Under the pieces are notes generated by a model, which was not told where the DNA came from, made no database searches, and saw only the letters and a list, made by a program, of their open reading frames with translations. A program made the translations under genes and the position numbers. Positions 11,597 through 20,453 of a stretch of 64,000 nucleotides of DNA are shown piece after piece. The first letter of the stretch is position 1. Each line of letters opens with the position of its first letter. The stretch lies in the NCBI GenBank assembly GCA_963768715.1, contig CAVYJC010000008.1, forward strand, positions 19,831 through 83,830, read 5' to 3'. Source of the DNA: an uncultured Bacteroidota bacterium (GTDB lineage: Bacteria > Bacteroidota > Rhodothermia > Rhodothermales > DATKEJ01).

Positions 11597-12409
11597 TTGA
11601 CGATGCCACTCCCGTTCCATACTGATCGCCGCGCGATGTTCGAACAGCAGTTCCTGAACGCGCGTGAACACGTCGTTCCGTTTGCTGCCAAGCACCTTTC
11701 GTTGAGTGGCGCGAGGGTTCTGGACGTCGGTTCGGGAGAAGGGGGCGTCATGAAAGCGTTCGTAGAGGCCGGGGCGACGGGAATCGGCGTCGAGTTAAGT
11801 GAAGCGCGCGCCGCTTTTGCTCGGGAGACCCTCGAGCAGGAATGTGATGCGGGCGTGCTGGAGTTTGTCGCGGGCGACATCCACGATCCAAACGTGAGCA
11901 GGGGATGGGAGCATCAGTTTGACCTCGTGACGCTGAAAGACTCCATCGAGCACATCACGGAGAAAGAAGCGCTTCTTCGCAGGATTGCGACATTCCTGCA
12001 GCCCGACGGCGCCGTTTTTGTTGGATTCCCACCGTGGCGGATGCCCTTTGGCGGACACCAGCAGATCGCTGCAAGCAAGTTTGCGCGCGTACCCTACTAT
12101 CATCTTTTGCCGCAACGACTGTACACAGGGATTCTGCGGCTTCTCGGAGAGAGCCGGCGGACGATCGACGACCTCCAGGAAATCAGGGATACGCGGATCT
12201 CGATTTCGGGATTTGAGCGACTCGTCAAGGAAACCGGATTCGAGATTCTGGAACGCCGCCTATTTCTCATCAATCCGATTTACCGATACAAATTTGGCCT
12301 GCGACCGCGCATGCAGTTCGGTTTCATTAGTTCGATTCCGTGGTTTCGCGACTTTGTGACCACGACTTGCTATTATCTGATTCGACCGTCTCAACCTTCA
12401 CCCAGATGA
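11597..12409 (+). CDS. class I SAM-dependent methyltransferase
   Basis: Motif I VLDVGSGEGG and a post-I acidic residue. Stop overlaps the next start (ATGA at 12406-12409). Confidence 0.75.
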   Translation: MTMPLPFHTDRRAMFEQQFLNAREHVVPFAAKHLSLSGARVLDVGSGEGGVMKAFVEAGATGIGVELSEARAAFARETLEQECDAGVLEFVAGDIHDPNVSRGWEHQFDLVTLKDSIEHITEKEALLRRIATFLQPDGAVFVGFPPWRMPFGGHQQIAASKFARVPYYHLLPQRLYTGILRLLGESRRTIDDLQEIRDTRISISGFERLVKETGFEILERRLFLINPIYRYKFGLRPRMQFGFISSIPWFRDFVTTTCYYLIRPSQPSPR

Positions 12410-13413
12410 GCGAATCACCAAAGTCTGACTCGAAGTCGATCATATCCCACCTGTTCACTGTAGCCCGGCAGCTTTCGAGTTCCGGTGGACCGAGTTCGGG
12501 TCGAGACGGCTCGTCGAAGGGGATCGCTATTTTCTTGTCCATCGTGGCTTCCATCCTGATCTGGTTCATGATCAGCATGCGCGAGTCCTATTCGGTCGTC
12601 AGAAATTTTCCAACAACCGTCGTCAACCTTCCGGAGGATCGCGCTTTGCGTTCGCCTCCTCCGGCTGAGGTTCGTGTCCAATTGGAGGGACGAGGATGGC
12701 AGTTGCTCAAATTGATTACATCTCCGCAGAAAATTCGCCTCGACGCCTCGACGCCCACGGTAGACCTGTATCGGGCTACGGCAGAGAGTCTCCCCTCCGA
12801 CGTCCGGCCGCAGAGCGTCAACCCGCCTGAAATCCGTCTTCGAATGGAACAGCGAGCGTTTCGTCGTCTACCGGTGGAGGTCGTCGCAGACATCAAGACG
12901 GTGGAGCCATACGATCTCGTGCATCCCGTGCGGGCTTTGCCCGAGTCGGTAGCTGTTGCGGGTGCGGCCTCGATCGTTGCCAGCCTGAATTCATGGAAAA
13001 CCAAGCCGTTCGAGCGGGACAAGGTCAATGAATCTTTTACCCAGTACGTTCCACTCTCCGATACACTCAAAGGTCTGATCGATCTCGACTTCTCCAACGT
13101 CTTGCTCGAGGCCGAAGTGGTCGAGTTCACGGAAAACCAGCGTCTTCTCGACGTGAAGGTGATCGATGCGCCTGCCGCGGCAAATCGCTACGAGTTGATG
13201 CCGGATCGGGTGTCAGTACGCTACACCGTACCGATTACGCAATTCGAGGCTTCGGCTATCAGTGATTCGTTCTACGCCACGGTTCCATATCCCGTGATCG
13301 TTGCGGATACGACGGGTCGCGTCGAGCCTGACATTCACATCCCGGCCGACATGGTGGTCAAGGATTTGATCGTCGAAACGCCCCACCTGCAGTATTACGT
13401 GATACTGGAATAG
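12406..13413 (+). CDS. YbbR-like domain-containing protein
   Basis: Start taken at ATG 12406 (ORF track 12340). N-terminal TM helix followed by repeated YbbR-type beta domains (VVNLPED..EVRVQLEGRGWQL). Stop TAG at 13411-13413. Confidence 0.65.
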   Translation: MSESPKSDSKSIISHLFTVARQLSSSGGPSSGRDGSSKGIAIFLSIVASILIWFMISMRESYSVVRNFPTTVVNLPEDRALRSPPPAEVRVQLEGRGWQLLKLITSPQKIRLDASTPTVDLYRATAESLPSDVRPQSVNPPEIRLRMEQRAFRRLPVEVVADIKTVEPYDLVHPVRALPESVAVAGAASIVASLNSWKTKPFERDKVNESFTQYVPLSDTLKGLIDLDFSNVLLEAEVVEFTENQRLLDVKVIDAPAAANRYELMPDRVSVRYTVPITQFEASAISDSFYATVPYPVIVADTTGRVEPDIHIPADMVVKDLIVETPHLQYYVILE

Positions 13414-13481
13414 GTCCGTGGTCCGTGGTCCGTGGTCCGTGGTCCGAGGTCCGAGGTCCGAAGTCCGAGTCCGAAGTCCGA
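13413..13481 (+). repeat. heptanucleotide tandem array (GGTCCGT)4(GGTCCGA)3 plus 3 degenerate units
   Basis: Counted directly. The first G is the last base of the TAG stop at 13411-13413. About 10 units with a 7-nt period. Confidence 0.95.
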
Positions 13482-13545
13482 GAGCCTGCCCCGAGCGAGC
13501 GAGACGCTGCACAATCGTCGTCGTGATGTGTGCCGAGCGACGAGG

Positions 13546-13559
13546 GGTCCGAGGTCCGA
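13546..13559 (+). repeat. satellite copy of the same heptamer (GGTCCGA x2)
   Basis: ggtccgaggtccga read directly, 65 nt downstream of the main array. Confidence 0.8.
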
Positions 13560-13751
13560 AGAGTGACTAATGGACCAATGGTTGTGTGCCGGATGAAAGT
13601 GCCTCCCTTTAGGCAGATCGTGGCGAAGTCTCTCCTCAAGAACTGCCCATCTTGAGCGGTTTCGCGCATTGTGCACGTTTGCCGGCCGTCAACGACCGGC
13701 CTCAAAGCTGCGGCCGGTGGACCGGCCTTCTCTGGAGAGAACATCTGGCAA

Positions 13752-13806
13752 GCCCCGTTTACGGGGCGTCGCTTCAAGACCGGGCATCGATGCCCGGGAA
13801 TGACGG
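13752..13806 (+). repeat. conserved intergenic hairpin module (copy 1)
   Basis: Two perfect hairpins: gccccg-ttta-cggggc (13752-13767) and ccgggca-tcga-tgcccgg (13780-13797). By hand alignment the first 30 nt match the reverse complement of 33194-33238 at 27/30 positions. The 3' end CGGGAATGACGGA recurs on the minus strand at 53037-53049. Confidence 0.8.
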
Positions 13807-13894
13807 ATTGTGCCGAATGTCGAACTCACGCAAGTCCGACCCCCGAACAAACCGGCGGACACGTTCATTTGTCACATAACCACTAATGACTAAG

Positions 13895-14356
13895 TCAGGC
13901 GGGGTAGGTCGGGTCGAGGAAGTAGCTGCGCATCTGGATGATCTCCAGCTCCTTCAGGCTCCTGTCCTTACGCAATATGTCGCGTAGTGACACGACTCCG
14001 AGGATCCGTTTGCCGTCGGCCACAGGGATGTGACGGCACTTCTTCGTATCCATTAGGTGGAAGACGTCAGTTGCCCGTGTTCGGGCATCGACTACCGCGA
14101 CATCCTGCGTCATGACGTCGTCCATGAGCGTCGTGGCAGGGTTGAGATTCTTCGAAACCACGCGTTTCACGAGATCTCGTTCAGTAAAAATCCCGCAAAG
14201 CTCGGTCTTGTCGTCGAGTACAAGAACGGAACCGACATTGTGCTGGTCCATGAGTTGGACGGTCTCTTGTACAGTCGACGACGGCGTTACGAAGACGATA
14301 GCGCGGCCGCTTCGCAGCAGGTCTCCTATTCGTTCATACATGGTGGTCCTCCGCAA
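13895..14356 (-). CDS. CBS domain-containing protein
   Basis: 153 aa with a tandem CBS pair pattern (HNVGSVLVLDD...GIFTERDL; CRHIPVADG.RILGVVSLRDIL). Confidence 0.85.
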   Translation of the reverse strand: MRRTTMYERIGDLLRSGRAIVFVTPSSTVQETVQLMDQHNVGSVLVLDDKTELCGIFTERDLVKRVVSKNLNPATTLMDDVMTQDVAVVDARTRATDVFHLMDTKKCRHIPVADGKRILGVVSLRDILRKDRSLKELEIIQMRSYFLDPTYPA

Positions 14357-14445
14357 CGGAAAGGTGGATGTGATTTAAAGGGACTATATGATACCCGCCA
14401 ATCAACTTTGGGTTCACGTAATCTCCATAAAAGAATTGCCTACCG

Positions 14446-15843
14446 TCAGGATCGAGCAGGTTTTGTCGCTTCCTGAAACAGTCTTCTGCGGTCCCTCTTC
14501 GACCCATCCGCCCAGTCGGGAAGTGGCAACACGCGCTCCGGAATTTTGAAGCCGGGAAGGACCCGGGCCAGGGCGATTAGAAGCTCTTCAGGATTGTGTA
14601 AAGGCCTTACATAGGCGACGGGACGCGCCCCGAAGCGGTCGTCGGGCACTGGTACGACTATGGCAAGGTCGGCCAATCCAGTCGTCACGATTGCCTCTTC
14701 GATTTCTTCGGGATAGACGTTCTCGCCGCCCGAAATGAATTGATTGTCTCGTCGTCCCATGACAATCAAATGATCACCGTCGAGTCTTCCAAGATCGCCG
14801 GTTGCGAACCAGCCGCCCACATCGAAAGGCGTGTCCAGCCCGCCATCCTTCCAGTATCCGGCAAATCGCGTCCCCCCTCCGACGAGAATCTCGCCCTCAG
14901 CGATGCGAACCTTTCGATGGGGGAGGATGCGGCCGGCGTAGCCCGGGTGTTCGCCGGCGTCGCCACGATCCGTCGTCGCGATCTGGGAGGCCATCTCAGA
15001 CGAGCCGTAAGTAAATCTCACGGCCAGGCCGCGCGCAATTGCCTCCGACCTGAGACGGAACGGTGACGGAGCGCCCCCGACAAGGATGGTGTCCAGCGAA
15101 GACGCGAGGCCACGGTCACTACTCGCCAGCCAATCCTTAAGCTGTGTAGGGACGATGGAAACATGAGTCACTCCGAAGGCCGTCAGTGCCGACAATCCTC
15201 GCTCGCGGGGATCAGGAACCACGACCGTTCCACCGTATCGAAGGCACCGGAAGAAGATGCTCAGACCGCCCACATGATACTTCGGGATCACTGCAGCCCA
15301 TCTGGTCCCGGTCGAGACTGGGATGATCGATTGAGAGCCTTCTGCGCTGAGCCAGTGATTCCTCAGTGTGTGCAACACAGCCTTTGGACGGCCTTCCGAA
15401 CCGGAAGTGAAGACGATCGTGGCCGGAGCATCGAGATCAAGGGTATGAGGGCGCCCGTCAGGGCTTCGGGAGCGATCCTGCGTGAGCGAGCCGGGATCGA
15501 CAACCGGCAGGGCCGTCAGATTTGGGCGGTCGCTCAGCAAGAGCACGCAGCCTGTCGAACGAATTGCCTCGGTCACGGCCGACTCCGGATCTCGGTCGCT
15601 CAACAGGACGGCCGTGGCGCCAAGTCGCAGCAAGGCCCAGAGCGCAATCGAAAAGTCGAGCCCGTCGCTCACTTGCATGCCGATCCTGTCACCGCGACCC
15701 ACCCCCCGATTCCCGAGCCGGTGGGCCGCCTCGGATACCAGCTCATGGAGTTCGGCGTAAGAACAACTCCCAGAACTTGAAACGACAGCCGGGTGGTCGG
15801 GAGCCGCCCGCGACCATGCGGCGATGGGACACGGGATGCTCAT
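14446..15843 (-). CDS. menE: o-succinylbenzoate--CoA ligase
   Basis: AMP-binding enzyme (IVFTSGSEGRPKAV, GYG.SE-like and GDLG motifs). It is the last gene of the men operon, and its start overlaps the menC stop (15840-15843). Confidence 0.8.
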   Translation of the reverse strand: MSIPCPIAAWSRAAPDHPAVVSSSGSCSYAELHELVSEAAHRLGNRGVGRGDRIGMQVSDGLDFSIALWALLRLGATAVLLSDRDPESAVTEAIRSTGCVLLLSDRPNLTALPVVDPGSLTQDRSRSPDGRPHTLDLDAPATIVFTSGSEGRPKAVLHTLRNHWLSAEGSQSIIPVSTGTRWAAVIPKYHVGGLSIFFRCLRYGGTVVVPDPRERGLSALTAFGVTHVSIVPTQLKDWLASSDRGLASSLDTILVGGAPSPFRLRSEAIARGLAVRFTYGSSEMASQIATTDRGDAGEHPGYAGRILPHRKVRIAEGEILVGGGTRFAGYWKDGGLDTPFDVGGWFATGDLGRLDGDHLIVMGRRDNQFISGGENVYPEEIEEAIVTTGLADLAIVVPVPDDRFGARPVAYVRPLHNPEELLIALARVLPGFKIPERVLPLPDWADGSKRDRRRLFQEATKPARS

Positions 15844-16913
15844 CGATTCTCGGTTTCGACACTCTCAGGCGCAAAAACCAGATCAGCCTGGCGAATGACG
15901 TGTCCAATCTTCAGCTTCCGCCGTAAGACGTCGGTTTCGAGGCGGCTGTATGTGTCAAGGCCGGCCGCGGGACCCTCAGGGCACCAACGTGCCGCGAGGC
16001 ATGCCAGGATCGAAATGCCCAAACCCGATTCGTAGCAAGCGCTAACGACGGGCGTTATTCCCAACTGTTTTCCCGCCGCGATGAACGTCTCGCTCGCCGT
16101 GATTCCACCCAGAAGTGTCGGTTTGACCACGAGGTGGGTGACGAACGACCATGCTCCGAGACCGGGCGGTTCGATCTCGAGGAGTGTTTCATCCAGTGCG
16201 ATTGCCGCACCGGTTATTTCCCACAGTTTACGGGCATCCAGTGGCTCCGCCAGCGGTTCCTCGATGAACGCAGGCCGTACGGTCTGCGTCGCCTCGATGA
16301 ATTCGGCTGCCTCGTCAAGCGTCCATGCTCGATTGGCGTCCAGTCGCAACTCGACGTCGTCGCCCACCATGGCTCGGATCGCCAGTATCGTTTCGGCCTC
16401 CCGGTGGAGGTCATGTCTCCCAACCTTGATCTTCAGCGCGCGATAACCATGGTTCGCAAGGATTCGCACCCGCTCGAGGGCGCGCTCGCCCGAGCCGGTG
16501 ATGAGTCCCGCAATCTGCACGGTACTGTGCCACCCGGGCGCTATCACATCGGAGGAACGTGTCCCAAGAATGTCGGCTGTGAGGCCGGTCAGTGCCTGCT
16601 CAAGCCCGAACGTCAGCGACGGACAGGATTGCGTCCCCAGTTCGACACTCATTCGCCAGGGCTCGTTCGGATCCCAAACCAGCTTGCGCCCACCCGAAAC
16701 CTTCGCACTTAGCGCCTCCCATGACTTGTCGACGTCATCGATCGTCTCCCTGCTGAATTCCAGCAGAGGGGCCGTATCGCCCCATCCGACGTTGCCGCCG
16801 CTCGTTTCGAGTCGGACGAGTCGTCCCGTCCGCTCACGACCCGCGATGCTCCCCGCCGAGAGGCGAGTCGCATACGGAATAAGCCGAGCCGACGATATTC
16901 TTAGATCAACCAC
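15840..16913 (-). CDS. menC: o-succinylbenzoate synthase (enolase superfamily)
   Basis: Enolase-superfamily metal-ligand blocks (LKIKVG, LRLDANRAW, IEEP, ALDE). Start is uncertain: the track ORF runs to 17078, well inside menA. GTG 16913 is the first in-frame start limiting the overlap to 13 nt. Confidence 0.7.
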   Translation of the reverse strand: MVDLRISSARLIPYATRLSAGSIAGRERTGRLVRLETSGGNVGWGDTAPLLEFSRETIDDVDKSWEALSAKVSGGRKLVWDPNEPWRMSVELGTQSCPSLTFGLEQALTGLTADILGTRSSDVIAPGWHSTVQIAGLITGSGERALERVRILANHGYRALKIKVGRHDLHREAETILAIRAMVGDDVELRLDANRAWTLDEAAEFIEATQTVRPAFIEEPLAEPLDARKLWEITGAAIALDETLLEIEPPGLGAWSFVTHLVVKPTLLGGITASETFIAAGKQLGITPVVSACYESGLGISILACLAARWCPEGPAAGLDTYSRLETDVLRRKLKIGHVIRQADLVFAPESVETENR

Positions 16914-17818
16914 GTCAATGAGAATACGAGGCTGTAGACGATTGATAGCCGGCCGGTGAATCCCAACAGGGGATTCAGCGCCGCTCCATCGACGCCACCG
17001 AGAACCTTTCGAAATACTGGGAATGCCAGCACCAGCATCAAACCGGCGAGCATCGACCATGGATGGTTGCCCGTCCATGCAAACAGGCCGACCGGAACGA
17101 GCGCGGCCGCAATGACCGACGCCACATACTCCCAGCGCGCGAACCGCTCACCAAATCGAACGGCGAGTGTGCGCTTTCCCACTTTGAGGTCTTCGTCGAC
17201 GTCACGAAGATTGTTGACCGACAGCAGGGCGACTGAGAGGAGCCCCGGACCCAGACCGGCGCCCACCGCTGTCCAGGAGAGTGAGAGCGCCTGAACATAA
17301 TGCGTCCCCGCCACGGCAACCGGTCCGAAAAATAATAGCACAAAGAGATCACCTAAGCCTATATAACCTAATGGCTTAGGCCCGGCTGTATATAAAATAC
17401 CGGAGATGATTGACAGCAAGCCGACGAGGAGTATCGGCCAGCCTCCTCGGACGATAAGGTAGATTCCTGCTGCCAGCGCGATTCCGAAGGCGACGACGGT
17501 GCCTGCCAGAACCGTTCGAGGGGTGAGGAGGCCCGACTGTGTCACGCGTGTCGGTCCTTTCCGGTCGACGGTATCGGCGCCGCGGTGGAAATCTGCGTAG
17601 TCATTGACGAGATTCGTGCCGATCTGGATTCCGAGTGCTCCGACACCCGCGAGTGCCGCCGACACCCAGTGTACGCTGCCCTCTCCAAGAGCGATGGCGG
17701 TGCCGACCACCACGGGTACGAACGCAGCCCAGAGCGTCTTGGGCCGGATGGCGAGCCACCAGGACATGGCGTGGGAATTCGGCGGACTCGCGCCGCCGTC
17801 GGATAGGGTAACGCTCAC
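16901..17818 (-). CDS. menA: 1,4-dihydroxy-2-naphthoate polyprenyltransferase
   Basis: UbiA-family polytopic protein with NDYADFHRGAD and the second Asp-rich motif NNLRDVDED. Confidence 0.9.
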   Translation of the reverse strand: MSVTLSDGGASPPNSHAMSWWLAIRPKTLWAAFVPVVVGTAIALGEGSVHWVSAALAGVGALGIQIGTNLVNDYADFHRGADTVDRKGPTRVTQSGLLTPRTVLAGTVVAFGIALAAGIYLIVRGGWPILLVGLLSIISGILYTAGPKPLGYIGLGDLFVLLFFGPVAVAGTHYVQALSLSWTAVGAGLGPGLLSVALLSVNNLRDVDEDLKVGKRTLAVRFGERFARWEYVASVIAAALVPVGLFAWTGNHPWSMLAGLMLVLAFPVFRKVLGGVDGAALNPLLGFTGRLSIVYSLVFSLTWLI

Positions 17819-17821
17819 GGC

Positions 17822-18643
17822 TCAGGGATAGCGCGTGAACTGATCAAAATCGGGGTCGCGCCGCTCGTTGAACGCATTGCGTCCTTCCTGTCCCTCTTCC
17901 GTCATGTAAAACAGGAGGGTCGCGTTGCCGGCAAGTTCCTGGAGGCCGGCCTGACCGTCGCAGTCCGCATTCAGCGCCGATTTCAAGCAGCGGATGGCCA
18001 TGGGGGATTTCCTCAGAATCTCTCGACACCAGTCGACCGTCTCCTCTTCGAGCCGTTCCAATGGGACGACCGTGTTGACCAGACCCATGGCCTGCGCCTC
18101 TTGCGCGTCATAGGGACGACAAAGAAACCAGATTTCTCTGGCTTTCTTCTGGCCGACAATGCGGGCGAGGTACGAAGCCCCGTAGCCGCCGTCGAAGGAG
18201 CCGACCTTGGGTCCCGTCTGCATGAATCGTGCATTTTCGGCTGCGATCGTGAGATCACACATCACGTGCAGGACGTGACCTCCGCCGACTGCCCATCCGG
18301 CGACCATGGCGATGACGGGTTTCGGGCAGGTGCGAATCTGTCGCTGGAAATCGAGTACGTTCAGGCGCATCGTGCCCGAGCCGTCTTTGTAGCCTGCGTC
18401 GCCCCGGATTTTCTGGTCGCCGCCCGAACAGAATGCCTCGGGCCCTTGGCCGGTGAGTATTATGACGCCGACGGCAGGGTCATTTCGGGCATCCAGCAGT
18501 GCATGCGACATCTCGTCGACCGTCTGCGGTCGGAACGCGTTGCGAACATGCGGCCGGTTGATCGTGATTTTGGCGATGCCTTCCGTCTTGTGGTAGAGAA
18601 TATCCTCGAAGCGGCCGGCCTCGATCCAATCGATGGCGCTCAT
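17822..18643 (-). CDS. menB: 1,4-dihydroxy-2-naphthoyl-CoA synthase
   Basis: Crotonase fold. The translation from ATG 18643 ([41 protein letters not shown]) is MenB-like. Confidence 0.9.
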   Translation of the reverse strand: MSAIDWIEAGRFEDILYHKTEGIAKITINRPHVRNAFRPQTVDEMSHALLDARNDPAVGVIILTGQGPEAFCSGGDQKIRGDAGYKDGSGTMRLNVLDFQRQIRTCPKPVIAMVAGWAVGGGHVLHVMCDLTIAAENARFMQTGPKVGSFDGGYGASYLARIVGQKKAREIWFLCRPYDAQEAQAMGLVNTVVPLERLEEETVDWCREILRKSPMAIRCLKSALNADCDGQAGLQELAGNATLLFYMTEEGQEGRNAFNERRDPDFDQFTRYP

Positions 18644-18724
18644 GATAAAGGCGATGTGTTTGGTTTGGGGCCGAAATATAGGAAGAACAGAAGTCCGCCT
18701 CACTCGAACGAGTGATCCTCAGCC

Positions 18725-20453
18725 TCATTCCGTCTGCTGCGCTTCGTCGCGGAGTCTTGCGTGCAGGCGCCGATTCTCCCGGCGATCCGTTTCGATCTCG
18801 ATGAGGGTCGCTTGGCCCGAGGCTGCGGCGCCGGCGTAGGCCGACTCGAATTCCTCCACCGTCGTCGGGTGTTCGTAACGGAGGCCGAACATGGTGGCAG
18901 CGGACTCGAACGACCAGCGGTGGGGGGTTGTGAACCAGGGTTCGAAGACTTCGGCGTGCTCGGCGATGGGAAGGAAGTTGAAGATTCCCCCTCCACGGTT
19001 ATTAATGACGACCACGATGATCGGGTGATCCGCCACAAGCGCAAGGCTGTTAAGATCATGTAACAGCGCCAGATCGCCTGTGAGCAGCGTCAGAGGAACA
19101 CCGGCGCCGAGATGATAACCGAAAGCTGAAGCGACGGTCCCGTCGATTCCCGAAGCACCCCGGTTGGCTGCGACGCGGCGGAGCGGGCCTGTCGCGGCGC
19201 CAAACATGTCGACGTCGCGAATCGGCATGCTGCTGGCAACGAACAGCGCGTGTTCCTCGGGTAACAGGCCTGTCAGGGATGCCGCGATACCCGGTTCGGA
19301 CAGCGCGGCAAGGCGGTCGATCTCCTCGTCGAGGCGCGTGGATATGCTCGTGCCGATTTCTATCCACGACATTCCCCATTCCGGATCAATGTTCGATCCG
19401 ACGTTCTCGAGCATTCGGCAAAATGACTCCGTCGAGGCGCGGATCACTTCGGCGATTCGGTGGCCGGGATCGTGCCGCTCCGGATAATCCGCATACGGAG
19501 ACAACGCGTTCATGCGCGCTATCGACGTAGCGCTGAATGTCTTTGGAGGAAATCGCGCCACCCATCCGGAGGATGATCTCGGGAGATTGCCCACCCAACA
19601 TGTGGGCGCAGGTGAAATGAGGACTCGCAACCAGCGGGGCGCCGGCGTCTCCGAGCCGCATCTGGGAAGTCACGTCGGCCAGAACCGGCCACTGAAGCCG
19701 GGTCGCAAGCGAAGAAACCGCATGCGCGATCTCGACTGACGGGAGTTCGCCGACAACGAGGAGTCCGCGTCTGGTATTCGCAAGCCGCCCTGCTAATTCC
19801 TCGAACGCGGACGGGTCAGGATCGAGTGTGCCGCCGCGGTATGTCGTATACGGCTCGTGGCTGCCTGACCAGCGCAGCGGGAGTTCCGGCATGTGCACTC
19901 CGTCGGCGGATGGCGCCAGAGGTTCGCGGTACGCACAGTTGAGATGGACTGGACCCGGTGGGGCATCCACTGCGCGGTGCACCGCTTGATCCACCGTTGA
20001 GAGCACGAAGGCCGGGTCGATATCCGCTGACGGACACGGGAGATCGAAGAACCAGCGAGCGAACGTCCCAAAAATCCGAGTCTGGTCGATCGCTTGATTG
20101 GCGCCCGTATCGCGAAGTTCGGGCGGACGATCCGCCGTCAGGGCAATGAGCGGTACGTAGGATTGAGAGGCCTCGACGAACGCCGGCAGGCCGTTGGCAA
20201 CGGCTGTCCCAGAGGTCGTTATCCAAACCGCAGGCTGCCTGGTCGCACGAGCGAACCCCAGGGCGGCAAATGCTGTGCCGCGCTCATCGAAATGGACGAT
20301 TGCCTCCGCGTGGGGATGCTGCGCGACGGCAGCTACGAGCGGCGAGCTGCGTGATCCGGGTGCGATGAAAAACCGACGGATGCCGTTGCGGATCAGTTCT
20401 TCGACGATAAGATTCGCCCAAAATCGATTGATATTCGGTGCGGGGGGGCTCAC
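18725..20453 (-). pseudogene. menD: SEPHCHC synthase MenD (ThDP-dependent), one frame change near 19490-19500
   Basis: ORFs 19386..20780 (N-terminal part) and 18725..19630 (C-terminal part) together give a MenD-length protein of about 576 aa. Start GTG at 20453 overlaps the menF stop (GTGA). The frames switch between ..YVDSAHERVVSV and ADYPERHDPGH. Confidence 0.8.

Noticed and set aside
13411-13565. TAG read-through or recoding that would extend the YbbR-like protein through the array
   Set aside because: Read-through would add about 50 residues of repeat-derived sequence (VRGPWSV...). After the other three TAG stops the arrays start at different offsets from the stop and use different units. 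Nothing suggests a conserved peptide, and there are no Pyl or suppressor components in the window.
13213-13777. ORFs reading through the heptamer array (translations with GPRTTDHGPRTSD periodicity); similarly 33216..33449 and 21911..22123
   Set aside because: The 7-aa periodicity is simply the 7-nt repeat read in three frames. There is no start context, the ORFs are antisense or overlap real gene ends, and the composition is not protein-like.
13560-13890. Long structured spacer considered as RNase P RNA, tmRNA, SRP RNA or 6S RNA
   Set aside because: I could not find the universal P4 strands of RNase P (GAGGAAAGTCC.. / ACAGAA..GGCTTA), a tmRNA tag ORF or a CCA-proximal T-arm, or the SRP GGAAG-CAGCC core on either strand. 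A covariance-model scan would still be worthwhile.
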